Shown here in pieces: positions 21,114 to 32,300 of a stretch of DNA of 64,000 nucleotides (positions are counted from its first letter, which is position 1; each line of letters starts with the position of its first letter). Source of the stretch: Calditrichia bacterium (GTDB lineage Bacteria; Calditrichota; Calditrichia; JAJRVZ01); the NCBI GenBank assembly GCA_963777955.1, contig CAVZSQ010000003.1, positions 32,001 through 96,000 of the forward strand, in the 5' to 3' direction. Below the pieces are notes generated by a model that saw only the letters and a list, made by a program, of their open reading frames with translations, ran no database searches and was not told where the DNA came from. A program made the position numbers and the translations under genes.

Positions 21114-22111
21114 GCAAAATCCTTCAACTGGTTTAATTTTTTCAGTGCGGCTCCGCACAGAATAGCCTCCTCTGCTGCGGCCAGGCAATTTTTAATAGAC
21201 GGATCATACCCGGCTATCCACAGGGCCATAGCGGCATTGGCGGCAGTGACCTGAAAAACGGCATTTTTTTTCTTTTTTGCAAACAACTTCAACAGGATAT
21301 CCGCGTTCTGCTCAGGGGAATTCCCGCATATGTGCTGCGGGTCGACCGGAGCATAGCCAAAAGTAGAATGATCGATCTGGTAATGTTTAATCTGTCCATC
21401 ATATTCAAATATGTCTGTGGGTTGTGTCAGGGTGATTTCATCAAATTGATCGGCGGTACAGACAAAACACACCTTTTCCATATTCAGCATGTGTGCTGCC
21501 TGGGCCATGATATTTGCCGTATGACAATTGTATGTACCGATCATCTGGCGTTTTGTACCGGCCGGATTGGTTAATGGACCCAGTATATTGAAAATAGTTT
21601 TCATACCCAGTTCACGGCGTACCGGTGCTACATTTTTCATGGCCGGGTGATAATCAGGGGCGAAAAGAAAAGTAATGCCGATTTCATCCAGGGCGGCCTG
21701 GGCACGTTCAGGGGGCAGATTGATATTGATACCCAGGGCTTTCATCAAATCGGCGCTGCCGCATTTACTGGAAACGGAACGGTTGCCATGCTTGGCTACC
21801 GGTACTCCTGCGGCAGCGATCACAAAAGCCACGGTAGTGGATATATTAAATGTGCCTGAATTATCTCCGCCGGTTCCGCAGACATCAATAATCCTGTCCC
21901 GGCGGCTGGTAATTTTTATACTGCGTTCGCGCATGGCCTGAGCCGAGCCGGCAACTTCCTCTGCAGTTTCGCCTTTAATTTTTAAAGCGATCAACCAGGC
22001 GGCAATTTCGGCCTGGTTGGCCGAACCATCCATGATATGACCCATACTGTTCATCGATTCTTCAAAGGTAAGATTCTGACCGCCAATTATCTTTTCCAGA
22101 TTTTCTTTCAT
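21110..22111 (-). CDS. trpD: Anthranilate phosphoribosyltransferase
   Basis: DVCGTGGD; TFNIST; KHGNRSVSSKCGSAD; FNILGPLTNP. Confidence 0.96.
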   Translation of the reverse strand: MKENLEKIIGGQNLTFEESMNSMGHIMDGSANQAEIAAWLIALKIKGETAEEVAGSAQAMRERSIKITSRRDRIIDVCGTGGDNSGTFNISTTVAFVIAAAGVPVAKHGNRSVSSKCGSADLMKALGININLPPERAQAALDEIGITFLFAPDYHPAMKNVAPVRRELGMKTIFNILGPLTNPAGTKRQMIGTYNCHTANIMAQAAHMLNMEKVCFVCTADQFDEITLTQPTDIFEYDGQIKHYQIDHSTFGYAPVDPQHICGNSPEQNADILLKLFAKKKKNAVFQVTAANAAMALWIAGYDPSIKNCLAAAEEAILCGAALKKLNQLKDFA

Positions 22112-22677
22112 ATGACCTCCAGCCAGTTTTGAATTATTTTGCTCCCTTCCGGGGTTAAAAAAGACTCAGGATGAAATTGAATCCCTTCCACGGCGTATTG
22201 TTTATGCCGTACTCCCATAATGATGCCATCCTCGGTTTCGGCGCTTATTTCCAGTTTAGTGCTGAGCGTACTGCGTTCGATAGCGAGTGAATGGTAGCGG
22301 GTAGCCTGGAAATTCTGCCGGATATTTTTAAAGATAGTTTTGCCGTCATGACGGATCAGCGAGGTTTTGCCATGCATCAGGTGTGGTGCCCGGATTACCC
22401 TGGAACCATAAGTAATGGCGATACTCTGATGTCCCAGACAGACTCCCAGAATAGGAACATCCCGGCCCATGTCTTCAATTACCTTCAGGCAAATATTGGA
22501 ATCCTCCGGACGTCCGGGACCGGGGGAAATAAGGATGCGCTCCGGTTGCAGACAGCGGATTTCACTGAGGGTGATGCGGTCGTTTCGGCATACGGTAATA
22601 TCCGCTGAAAAACGACCGACCAATTGCACCAGGTTAAAAGTAAATGAATCGTAGTTATCGATCACCAGGATCTTCAT
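22108..22677 (-). CDS. trpG: Anthranilate synthase component II (glutamine amidotransferase)
   Basis: IDNYDSFTFNL; SPGPGRP; GVCLGHQ; QFHPES. Confidence 0.95.
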   Translation of the reverse strand: MKILVIDNYDSFTFNLVQLVGRFSADITVCRNDRITLSEIRCLQPERILISPGPGRPEDSNICLKVIEDMGRDVPILGVCLGHQSIAITYGSRVIRAPHLMHGKTSLIRHDGKTIFKNIRQNFQATRYHSLAIERSTLSTKLEISAETEDGIIMGVRHKQYAVEGIQFHPESFLTPEGSKIIQNWLEVI

Positions 22678-24133
22678 CAATCTCCTCTGCATATTTCAGC
22701 GCATTTACCAGTACGGCTGATTTATTTTCGATTTCTTTAATCTCCAGGTGCGGCTGGCTGTCAGCCACTATCCCGGCGCCCGCCTGCCAGTAAACGGAAT
22801 CAGGCCTGGCAAACAGGGTGCGGATGGCGATGCACATATCCAGGTTCCCGCTGAAATCGATGTAGCCCACGGCACCTCCGTATACATTGCGGCTGCAGTG
22901 CTCATATTGATCGATCAGTTGTATGGCGCGGATCTTAGGGGCACCGGTGAGTGTTCCGGCCGGAAAGCCGGCCATTAATGCATCGATGCAATCCTGGTCA
23001 TCACGTAATTCCCCTTCCACCCTGGAAACAATATGCATGACATGTGAATACCTTTGAATTTTCATTTCCTCACTGAGACGGATAGAATCAAATTTGCAGA
23101 TCCGGCCCAGATCATTGCGGGCCAGGTCCACCAGCATGACATGCTCGGCACGTTCCTTGGGATCGGAGAGTAAATCGGCTTCGAGTTGGCGGTCTTCGCT
23201 TTCGTCGCGCCCGCGGCGACGGGTTCCGGCAATGGGTAAAATGGTAACCTGGCGGTTGCTGACTTTTACCAAATCTTCCGGAGAAGTGCCGATAATGGTA
23301 AGATCAGCGGCAAATTCCATATAGTACATATATGGCGAAGGATTAATAATACGCAGGGCCCGGTAGACATTCAGCAGATCACCATGATACGTCGCGTTAA
23401 AACGCCGGGATAAAACGATCTGGAATATATCCCCGGCCCGGATATGTTCCTTGGCCTGTTCGATTGTGGCGGCAAAGTCTGTATCCGGTTCCCGGTCAGT
23501 CGTGGTTTGAAAACGGAAATCCGATTGATGGGTTACCGGTCTGGCCAGTTCGCGATGCAATTGTTGTAAATCAGATCGGGCTGATTCATAAGCCCTGGCC
23601 AGATCAGGCTGTTCAGCGGTAAATACATTTTTGATCAGGATCAGCTGATGTTTGTAATGATCAAAGGCCACCACGGTGGTGTAAACGGCAAAGATCGCAT
23701 CGGGAGTATCAATCTCCTGCCGGCGCTTAAAATTTATCACATCTTCGATCAGGGCAATATTTTCATAACCCAGGTATCCTACTATACCGCCGGTGAATTC
23801 GGGCAATTCTTCGACCGGCGGCCGGCTGAAAGCGGCAACCTCCTGCTTGAGATAGGCGAACAGATTGCCGTGCAGCTGTTCCTGCCGGTCACCCTGGATA
23901 ATCCGGATTTCCTGCTCACGGTTACTGATAATTTTTATCGGGTCCCGGCCCACAAATGAATAGCGGGCCAGCCGGCCGATGCCTTCAACGGATTCCAGCA
24001 GAAAACAGTAATTATTTTTCTGGCGCAGTTTAAGATATGCCAGCACCGGGGTTAACAGATCCGCAGTGATCTTTTCGTAGACCGGGACCACACTGTATTT
24101 TTTGGCAAGTTTTTTGAAATTTTCAAAATCCAT
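22655..24133 (-). CDS. trpE: Anthranilate synthase component I
   Basis: LLES; NPSPYMY; IAGTRRRG; EHVMLVDLARND; FPAGTLTGAPK. Confidence 0.96.
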   Translation of the reverse strand: MDFENFKKLAKKYSVVPVYEKITADLLTPVLAYLKLRQKNNYCFLLESVEGIGRLARYSFVGRDPIKIISNREQEIRIIQGDRQEQLHGNLFAYLKQEVAAFSRPPVEELPEFTGGIVGYLGYENIALIEDVINFKRRQEIDTPDAIFAVYTTVVAFDHYKHQLILIKNVFTAEQPDLARAYESARSDLQQLHRELARPVTHQSDFRFQTTTDREPDTDFAATIEQAKEHIRAGDIFQIVLSRRFNATYHGDLLNVYRALRIINPSPYMYYMEFAADLTIIGTSPEDLVKVSNRQVTILPIAGTRRRGRDESEDRQLEADLLSDPKERAEHVMLVDLARNDLGRICKFDSIRLSEEMKIQRYSHVMHIVSRVEGELRDDQDCIDALMAGFPAGTLTGAPKIRAIQLIDQYEHCSRNVYGGAVGYIDFSGNLDMCIAIRTLFARPDSVYWQAGAGIVADSQPHLEIKEIENKSAVLVNALKYAEEIDEDPGDR

Positions 24134-24145
24134 TCATTTTTCTCC

Positions 24146-24182
24146 AAAAAAAAACCCTTCTCTGTGAATTACGGAGAAGGGT
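24146..24182 (-). terminator. trp attenuator terminator
   Basis: Minus strand reads ACCCTTCTC-loop-GAGAAGGGT running into a 9-T tract, between the leader peptide and trpE. Confidence 0.88.
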
Positions 24183-24208
24183 CTTTGTATCGATTATGCT
24201 TCTTTTAT

Positions 24209-24301
24209 TCACCCGAGCCAATGTGGAAACATCGAGATCCACCATCCCCACTTATGGTTTTGCCAGTTGAGCAGTATGAATTTTCTATCAAAATTCTTCA
24301 T
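24209..24301 (-). CDS. trpL: trp operon leader peptide (30 aa, 5 Trp)
   Basis: MKNFDRKFILLNWQNHKWGWWISMFPHWLG* immediately upstream of the terminator and trpE. Confidence 0.85.
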   Translation of the reverse strand: MKNFDRKFILLNWQNHKWGWWISMFPHWLG

Positions 24302-24310
24302 AATTATTCA

Positions 24311-24340
24311 AATATATAGTAACAGACTCTATAATGTCAA
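24311..24340 (-). promoter_or_regulatory. Sigma70-type promoter of the trp operon
   Basis: TTGACA-18 nt-TATATT on the minus strand, about 10 nt before the leader ATG. Confidence 0.6.
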
Positions 24341-24364
24341 GGATAGAAGCTGATATTTTTATGA

Positions 24365-26491
24365 TTATATTAATTCAATTTCCTGTTTTAGCCGGATAGC
24401 GGCGGAGGATGAGCCGATATGAATGACAAATTTCCCCTCTTCGGCGAACCATTCTTTTGTTTGCGGATTCCAGAAAGCGAAATCCCTGCGGTCAAGTTTT
24501 ATTGTTACTACCTCGCTTTGTCCGGGAGCCAGGCTCACCTTTTTAAATCCTTTCAGTTCTTTGACAGGCCGGGGGACGGAGGATTCAAGATCCTGAATAT
24601 ATAACTGGGTGGTTTCCATTCCAGTCAATTTTCCCGAATTCCTGACCGTAAAAGTTACAGTGACGGTATCGTCTTCGGTAAACCTGGCTTTGGACAAGTG
24701 CAGATCGCTGTATTCAAAAGTGGTATAAGACAGACCATAGCCGAATGGGTAGAGCGGTGCAATGTTCTTATGCTCATACCAGCGGTATCCGACGAAGATC
24801 CCTTCCTTATAATTGACATCGTAGACCGCATGGGCTTTTTCTTCTTCTCTATTCCAATCGCTGTAAAGTTTTTCGTTCTCAGGCAGGTAACCATACCCTG
24901 GTGAATCTTTAAATTCCCGTTCAATGGTTATGGGCAATTTCCCGGACGGATTTGTTTTCCCGGCTATAATTTCCGCCAGAGCCTGGTTACCCGTCTGACC
25001 GCCATACCAGGCGTAGATGATGGCCCTGGCCTGCTCAGACCAGCCGGTCATCCTGACACCGCTTCCGGATGTGACGATGACCACTGTGTTAGGATTGTTA
25101 TTGACACATTCCGTTACTTTTTTCTCCTGTTCGGCCGGTAATTCAAACGGCTGGTCCCAGCCTTCGCTGTCACGTGTACCGATATTGCACAGCACTACCG
25201 TGGCAGACCTGATCTGTCCGGGATCGGGGTCCTTTATATACTCGATCCGTTCAGCAAATTCTTTTCTCAATTCATCGAGCAGCAAGCGGTGATTATACCC
25301 CTCCACCATAGCCGAGCCGCCGCCCCTGGCCAATTCTTCGACAAAATCTCCGGTTAATAAAATCGATTCAACATTGTTACCGAGGGGCAGAATATTATTT
25401 TCGTTTTTTAAAAGTACGATTCCTTCCCGGGCAGTCTGTAAAGCAATCAATTCATGATTTTCAAACGTATCATAATACGCAGGTTCCTTTTTTCTTTCAC
25501 CCAATCTCATGGCGAAGTAGGTTCTTAAGATACTCCTGGTCATGCGGTCGATATCTTTGACCTGTACCTTACCTTCATTTATAAGTTGCCCGGCATTTTG
25601 CAAAGCGATGGCCAGCGGCATTTCCAGGTCCTGGCCGGAGGCAGCAAGTTTTTCACCGTCATCTACCGACCACCAGTCGGTCAGCACCAGCCATTTAAAT
25701 CCCAGTTGTCCTCTTAACAGATCATTGATAACTGCTTTGCTCTGGCCGCACCATTCTCCGTTCAATAAATTATACGACGTCATCACTGCTTTGGCGCCGG
25801 CATCGATGCCAGCCTTGAAAGCGGGCAGATAGATTTCATGCAAGGTTCGCTGGTCAACAACCGAATTACTTTTTCTTCTGAAAAAATCAGTATTGTTGGC
25901 GACGAAGTGCTTCAAGGTTGCGATTGTTCCCGTACTTTGTACTCCTTTTACGTATTCAGCAACCAGCCGGGATTTAAGCACAGGATCTTCGCCAAAATAT
26001 TCAAAATTCCGGCCACATTGGGCATGCCGGTAATTATTAATCCCTGGTCCCAACAGGATGCCGATACCGCCGGCACGGCACTCTTCACCAATGGCTTCAG
26101 CATAACGGTATGATAATTCGGGATTCCAGGTAGCGGCCAATAAAATTGGGCAGGGGAAAGCCGTAGACTTTTCCAACCGGTATTCGGACAAGTCCACATC
26201 CCTGAATTTATCCCTGATATGCACACCCTGGGTGGCATCGACCATATATACTTCAGGCAGGTTTAATCTGGGCAGCGGCCGGATAAAAAAATCACGGTCT
26301 CCGCCGATAAAAGCGATTTTCTCATCCAGGGTCATTAGTTTCCAGACTGAGTCCGCCTTTTGATCGGCTTGTTCGTAACTGAGCGGTGCAAAATTGGTTT
26401 TCATGTCACTGACGGATTTAGTTTCTATCTGGTTGCAACTGATAACCATGAATATGAGTGGTACAAAGAAAATAATGAAATTTTTAAACAT
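24365..26491 (-). CDS. GH3 beta-glucosidase (lipoprotein, C-terminal Fn3-like domain)
   Basis: GRNFEYFGEDP; KHF; MTSYN; TDW nucleophile; NPSGKLP; GIFVGYRWY; PFGYGLSYT. Confidence 0.93.
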   Translation of the reverse strand: MFKNFIIFFVPLIFMVISCNQIETKSVSDMKTNFAPLSYEQADQKADSVWKLMTLDEKIAFIGGDRDFFIRPLPRLNLPEVYMVDATQGVHIRDKFRDVDLSEYRLEKSTAFPCPILLAATWNPELSYRYAEAIGEECRAGGIGILLGPGINNYRHAQCGRNFEYFGEDPVLKSRLVAEYVKGVQSTGTIATLKHFVANNTDFFRRKSNSVVDQRTLHEIYLPAFKAGIDAGAKAVMTSYNLLNGEWCGQSKAVINDLLRGQLGFKWLVLTDWWSVDDGEKLAASGQDLEMPLAIALQNAGQLINEGKVQVKDIDRMTRSILRTYFAMRLGERKKEPAYYDTFENHELIALQTAREGIVLLKNENNILPLGNNVESILLTGDFVEELARGGGSAMVEGYNHRLLLDELRKEFAERIEYIKDPDPGQIRSATVVLCNIGTRDSEGWDQPFELPAEQEKKVTECVNNNPNTVVIVTSGSGVRMTGWSEQARAIIYAWYGGQTGNQALAEIIAGKTNPSGKLPITIEREFKDSPGYGYLPENEKLYSDWNREEEKAHAVYDVNYKEGIFVGYRWYEHKNIAPLYPFGYGLSYTTFEYSDLHLSKARFTEDDTVTVTFTVRNSGKLTGMETTQLYIQDLESSVPRPVKELKGFKKVSLAPGQSEVVTIKLDRRDFAFWNPQTKEWFAEEGKFVIHIGSSSAAIRLKQEIELI

Positions 26492-26530
26492 ATCTTCTCC
26501 GCATTAAATGAAGTGGATATGTAATATATT

Positions 26531-27517
26531 TTATATTCCAACTTTTTCATAACGTTCAATCATTTCATCCAGCAGCTGATTCAGCTTATGATCGATCACC
26601 CGCCGGGATGGATCTCCGTCGTACCAGCGGATAATTTCTGCAGCACCGCGGGTAAAAGGTATTGTCGCCGTAAAATCGGGTACTAATTGCTTGATTTTAG
26701 TATTGTCAAATATCATACTGTGAGTTTTATCTCCCAGGAGACTTGCCCCCCATTCCGGATCAAACCTGGCAATTATTTCCGAGGGGATGTGCACGATCTG
26801 CGCGCTGGTTCCGGCTGCCCGGGCTACAATTTCAAAAATCTGATTCCAGGTTAATAACTCGTCTGAGGTTATATGAAAAGCCTGACCTACCGCCTGTTTT
26901 TTGCCTAATAAACCGATGAAACCCCTGGCAAAATCACGATGGTGAGTAAGGACCCATAAGGAACTACCGTCGCCATGAACGATCACTTTTTTACCCTGGC
27001 GCATACGGTTCACGATAGTATATCCTCCATGCATGGGCAACAGGGTACAATCATAAGTATGAGAAGGCCTGACTATGGTAACCGGGAACTGCTCTTCACT
27101 ATAGGCCCGCATTAGCCGTTCTTCGCAGGCGATTTTAGCCTGTGAATATTTCCAGAAGGGATTGCCGAGTGGTGTCGATTCGGTTACCGGCAGACTCTGC
27201 GGCGGAGTTTGATAAGCAGAAGCGGAACTGATAAAAATATATTGGGCGGTGCGATCACGGAACAGCTTCAAATCCCGTTCAATATGCTCGGGTGTAAAGT
27301 TTATCCAGTTTACCACTGAATCGAATGATTCATGGCCAAGGCTCTTTTGAACTGCTGCGACATCGCGGATATCGGCAGGTAATAACTCAGCCTCCCTGGG
27401 AACGGGCCTGCTGGTTTGACCGCGATTCAACAAATAAAGTCTGATACCGCGTTCCACAGCCAGTTGAGAACAAGCCGAACTGATGATACCTGTACCACCG
27501 ATGAATAGAACTTTCAC
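26531..27517 (-). CDS. NAD-dependent epimerase/dehydratase (extended SDR)
   Basis: GGTGIIS; FISSASAY; YSQAK; IVRPSHTY. Confidence 0.9.
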   Translation of the reverse strand: MKVLFIGGTGIISSACSQLAVERGIRLYLLNRGQTSRPVPREAELLPADIRDVAAVQKSLGHESFDSVVNWINFTPEHIERDLKLFRDRTAQYIFISSASAYQTPPQSLPVTESTPLGNPFWKYSQAKIACEERLMRAYSEEQFPVTIVRPSHTYDCTLLPMHGGYTIVNRMRQGKKVIVHGDGSSLWVLTHHRDFARGFIGLLGKKQAVGQAFHITSDELLTWNQIFEIVARAAGTSAQIVHIPSEIIARFDPEWGASLLGDKTHSMIFDNTKIKQLVPDFTATIPFTRGAAEIIRWYDGDPSRRVIDHKLNQLLDEMIERYEKVGI

Positions 27518-27824
27518 GTTTATCTTCTTCCCCCGGATAGATTCATCTATGTTTTGACAATCTTTATATAAAATAGAGAAGCTTCAAACAAAAGGCAATT
27601 TCTTAAAATCGCTTTCATGATGACGATACTTCGAGCTATTATCAACAAATTGAATATTTATACATGAGTTTTTATAAAAATACTTGTTTTGTAAAATAAA
27701 ATTATTTAGACTAAGCACCAATTTTCACATATTAAAAAAAGATGACGTTAGGCTTTTACTGACGGTACTAATAGTCTTAGCACATATATATATAAAACTA
27801 ATGTTTATTTAAGGAGAAAAATGT

Positions 27825-29129
27825 ATGCCCGAGAAAAAAAGTAAGACAGCTAAACCTGTCAGTCAGGCGGTTGAGAAACAAAAATCTTATAATGCTTTTG
27901 AAGTAGCCAAAAAGCATTTTGATACGGCGGCTAAATTTCTTGATCTGGATCATAATATTCAGCAACAGATGCGGTTGCCGGAGAGAGAATTGACCGTCAA
28001 TTTTCCGGTAAAAATGCGGGATGGTGATTTCAAGATGTTTACCGGTTACCGTGTCCAGCACAATACCGCGCGCGGACCGGCTAAAGGGGGTATCCGTTAC
28101 CACCCGGATGTGACACTGGATGAAGTGCGCGCTCTGGCAAGTTGGATGACCTGGAAATGCGCGGTGGTTAATATCCCCTATGGCGGTGCCAAGGGCGGGG
28201 TAATCTGTAACCCAAAAGAAATGATTAAGCCGGAACTTGAACATATGACCCGGCGCTATACCACTGAAATTGCCCATATCATCGGACCGCATCGTGATAT
28301 TCCGGCTCCGGATGTGTATACCGATAAGCAGACCATGGCCTGGATGATGGATACCTATACTATGGCCAGAGGAATCAGCAGTCCTGGTGTTGTGACCGGC
28401 AAGCCTCTGGCGCTGGGCGGTTCTGAAGGCCGGGAAGAAGCGACTGCCCGGGGTTGTGTTTACGTAATAAAAAAAGCATCACAGCAATTAAATCTGGATT
28501 TAAGAAACGCCAAGGTGGCGGTGCAGGGATTCGGAAACGCCGGTTCGATTGCCGCCCGGCTTTTGCACGATGAATATGATTGCCGGATTATCGCCATATC
28601 CGATTCCAAGGGTGCCATCCTGAATGAAAATGGTCTTGATCCCCACCGGGTTATTGAATTCAAACAGAAAACCGGGTCGGTGGTTAATTTCTCAAATTCG
28701 CAGTCCATTCCCCATGATGATATTCTGACCCTGAATTGCGATATCCTGGTACCGGCAGCTCTGGAAAATTCCATAACCAAAGAACTGGCCCACAAGGTGA
28801 AAGCCAAGATCATTGCCGAAGCGGCCAATGGCCCGACGGTTCCGGAAGCCGATGACATTCTCACCAGGAATGGAAAATTCATTCTGCCGGATATTTTAGC
28901 TAATGCCGGCGGCGTGACTGTTTCCTATTTTGAATGGGTCCAGAATAATTGTGGTTATTTCTGGAAGCTCGATCAGGTCAATTCCAATCTTAAAGAGATA
29001 ATGGAAAATTCTTTCGAAAATGTATTGAATATCTCGCGCAAACACAAAGTGAACATGCGCTGTGCTGCCTACATTCTGGCTATCAGGCGGGTCCACGAAG
29101 CTATTCAGTACCGGGGAATATATCCATAA
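27825..29129 (+). CDS. gdhA: Glutamate dehydrogenase (Glu/Leu/Phe/Val dehydrogenase family)
   Basis: GPAKGGIRYHP; GGAKGG; DIPAPD; VVTGKP; QGFGNAG; EAANGP; NAGGVTVSYFEW. Confidence 0.93.
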   Translation: MPEKKSKTAKPVSQAVEKQKSYNAFEVAKKHFDTAAKFLDLDHNIQQQMRLPERELTVNFPVKMRDGDFKMFTGYRVQHNTARGPAKGGIRYHPDVTLDEVRALASWMTWKCAVVNIPYGGAKGGVICNPKEMIKPELEHMTRRYTTEIAHIIGPHRDIPAPDVYTDKQTMAWMMDTYTMARGISSPGVVTGKPLALGGSEGREEATARGCVYVIKKASQQLNLDLRNAKVAVQGFGNAGSIAARLLHDEYDCRIIAISDSKGAILNENGLDPHRVIEFKQKTGSVVNFSNSQSIPHDDILTLNCDILVPAALENSITKELAHKVKAKIIAEAANGPTVPEADDILTRNGKFILPDILANAGGVTVSYFEWVQNNCGYFWKLDQVNSNLKEIMENSFENVLNISRKHKVNMRCAAYILAIRRVHEAIQYRGIYP

Positions 29130-29188
29130 GCAGTAGGGCAGGGATAAGGTGAACGGCCAGACCGGTCACTGCTTTTTAAATCTGCTGT

Positions 29189-29239
29189 AAACCGGAGCAA
29201 GATCGACTAACCCCCAGGTGATTTTGCTCCGGTTTTTTT
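29189..29239 (+). terminator. Intrinsic terminator after gdhA
   Basis: AAACCGGAGCAA...TTGCTCCGGTTT followed by a T-tract. Confidence 0.75.
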
Positions 29240-29350
29240 ATAGTTGCTGTCTGCAGTACTCCTTGATTGTTCCTCATAGTTTTGCTTAATAGTCCGAATA
29301 TTATATGTAGAAGATTTTCTATTTCTATTGGTCAATTGCCGGGGGAGAAA

Positions 29351-32300
29351 ATGAGATCTGTCTTTATGAGAAATCATTTAATAATCAGCATTTTGATTCT
29401 ATGTTTTATTTCAGTGGATCATAGCCAGGCGGCCAGGAATTATAAACCGGAAATTGCGGATCCGTTGTTTGAATCATGGCGCTGGCAGCATTATGCTTAC
29501 CTTAGTGGAAAAGGTATTCGTTGTTTTACCGAAGACAAAGAGCATAATACCTGGTTTGGCGTGGATAAAGGGGTGATCAGGTATAACGGTTTTACCTGGA
29601 TAACCTATACACCGCAGGATGGACTATTAGGCGCTCCGGTTGAGTGTTTATATACAGCCAATGACGGCAGCATCTATGCCGGTACTGCTGAGGGCTTGAG
29701 CAGATTTCAGGATGGTAACTGGAAGACTGTGTTCCCTTTGTCGGGAGATAGTCTGTTCCATGTCACTTGCATAAAACAACTTTCTGATGGCAGTATGGCC
29801 ATCGGTACCGATAGAGGTTTATTGCACCTGAAAGACGGCCGCTGCACTCTTTTTGGCACGCAACAAACTATAACTAATATGAGTAAGGTTTTAACTGAAA
29901 TCGGATACTGCCAGGTACCTGAGGCGGCGGCGTTTAATAATACACTTAAAGTATACGATCTGTTTCAGGATAACCAGGATAGAATCTGGTTATCCATGGG
30001 TGATGATATGGATGAAGCGGGAAAAATTTTACAATTTTCGCTGCCGGTTGAAAATCTTCCGGTTTTAAAGTCTTATACTATTTTTGCCAGGGAAACGGGA
30101 TATAAACTGGGTTCGAGAATGCATTTTTTGCAATCGTTGGATAAAAAAATATGGATCATCAGCGAGGACTTCGATATTGGTGTATATGCTTATGACCAGC
30201 AAGGCTGGACCTACGTGCAGTTAAGTGCGCAATTCGGGGGTGATGATCTGCACACCAGTATTATTTCAAGCGGAGACGGAACCGTTTGGATCGGCGGTCT
30301 GGCGAAATTATATGCTTATAAGCAAAATAAATGGTATATGTATAAGGCACCTGATGTTTCTTTACCCATTTCCCGCCTGTTGTTGCTGGAATCCAGCGAT
30401 GGGCATTTATGGATCGCCGGCAAACAAAATGAGGTATATAAAATCGACTATGCCGGTACGTCCTGGATGACCTGCCGGAATCTGAATTTCCAATGTGAAA
30501 CCATAGATGAAACACGCTGGTTTCTTTCGGTCGATGATCGGGTCGTCCGGCAGCAGGGAACTGCCTGGACATCCTACGGGCAGGAAGATGGCCTGATGCA
30601 GTATCCAGTTTGTATCATAGTAACTTCTAAAGGACAGACTATGGGCAGCCGGTAGTCAGGGTGAAGTGGCAGCGACTGCTTACTTTGAAAATGAAAAATG
30701 GCACCGGCAACTTCACCCGGATCTGTCCTGGGGTGTAGATTACCGGGCAGTTTTTGAATCTTTGGATGGTTCCATCTGGTTTGGTTGCGCAGTAGATATC
30801 CACAAAGAAAAAGGACAAAAAGCCGGAGCCCTGCGTTTGAAAAATCCCACCAGCGATATAAAGGAATGGATCCACTATACTTCTGCTGATGGTATTGACC
30901 AGGAGAACGCCTACGGCCTGGCGCAATCTCCTGATGGTCAGATATGGATGGGTGGGTCATCGTTATTCCGTTTCGATGGTGAAAAATGGCACCGTCAAGC
31001 CGAACCGCAACAGTTAGCAGAACGAGTTGATATCGTCCACAGCCGGTTCAGAAGCAAACTGTGGATTGGTTCCCGTTTTTATGGCATTTTTTCGTTTGAC
31101 GGGCAGGAATGGCAACAATATAAAATTGAAGATGGACTACTCAGTAACACGATAATCAGCATCTATGCGCAAACTGACAGCAACGTCTGGGTGGCCACCG
31201 ACAGGGATATCTGCCGCTTCGACGGGCGCAACTGGACTACCGATCTGTTCCCGGATGTTCTGACCTTCACCCGTGAGGGTGGTTCGCTGCAGATGTCAAA
31301 GGATGGCGCCCTGTGGATAAATATTTCTCTGCGCGAATGGAAGCGCCGGGCTTTAAAAAGTGTGACTTTAACTGCTGAGGCGCTGAATAAATTTTTTACC
31401 GTCAAGTATAAGCCGGATATGCGGCCGCCCGAAACGGATATTAAGATTTTTACAGCGGAAGTCGACCAGTCGGGGAATACGCTGATCAGTTGGATCGGTC
31501 ATGATGCCTGGGATGTTACAGCCCAGGAGGAGTTGACTTATTCTTACCGGCTGAATAATGATGATTGGAGTCCGTTCCAGGCCGAGACCCATCACACCTT
31601 TACCGCCTTGAAATCGGGTGCGTACCGGTTCGAGGTGAGAGCGCGCGATAAGGATTTCAATGTGGATCCCACGGCGGCGATGGTGGAGTTTAAGGTTATG
31701 CTGCCGGTCTATTTAAGAGCGTGGTTCATTGTCTTGATGGCCGTCTTGCTCAGCATCATCGGATATCTGACCACGCGCCTGATCCAGAGAAATGTCAATC
31801 TGAACAGGGCAAATTTTAAACTGCAAGTCGCGAAGAAAGAGACCGATGATATTCTGCATAATGTCGAAGAAGGTTTATTTTTACTGGATCCGGCCTATAC
31901 CATCGGTTCGCAATATTCGACGATTCTGGAATCAATTTTTAATCAAAAAGCATTGGCGCAGATCAACTTCGTCGAATTGCTGCGGAACAAAATTACCGGC
32001 TCTGAACATGAAACCGTCAAACATTTCCTTGGCGTTATTTTCACCCAGGATATCGATCCGGAATTACTGGATGACCTGAATCCCCTGTCGGAAATCAAAT
32101 TGGATTTCGGAGATTATAAGGAACCTATATATTTATCATTTAAGTTCAGGAGGGTGGATGCTGATCCGGCCGCAGCCAAAGAACTTATTGTGACGGTGCG
32201 GGACATCAGCGAGCAGGTTGTGCTGGAACAAAAATTGCGGGCATCCGAAGAGGAATCGCAACGGCAAATGGATTGGCTGTTATGTATTCTGCACGTTGAA

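Noticed and set aside
27798..28292. Long antisense ORFs over gdhA, and similar shadow ORFs over trp, GH3 and TonB genes
   Set aside because: They fully overlap well-supported genes, have no RBS or motifs, and are expected from codon bias
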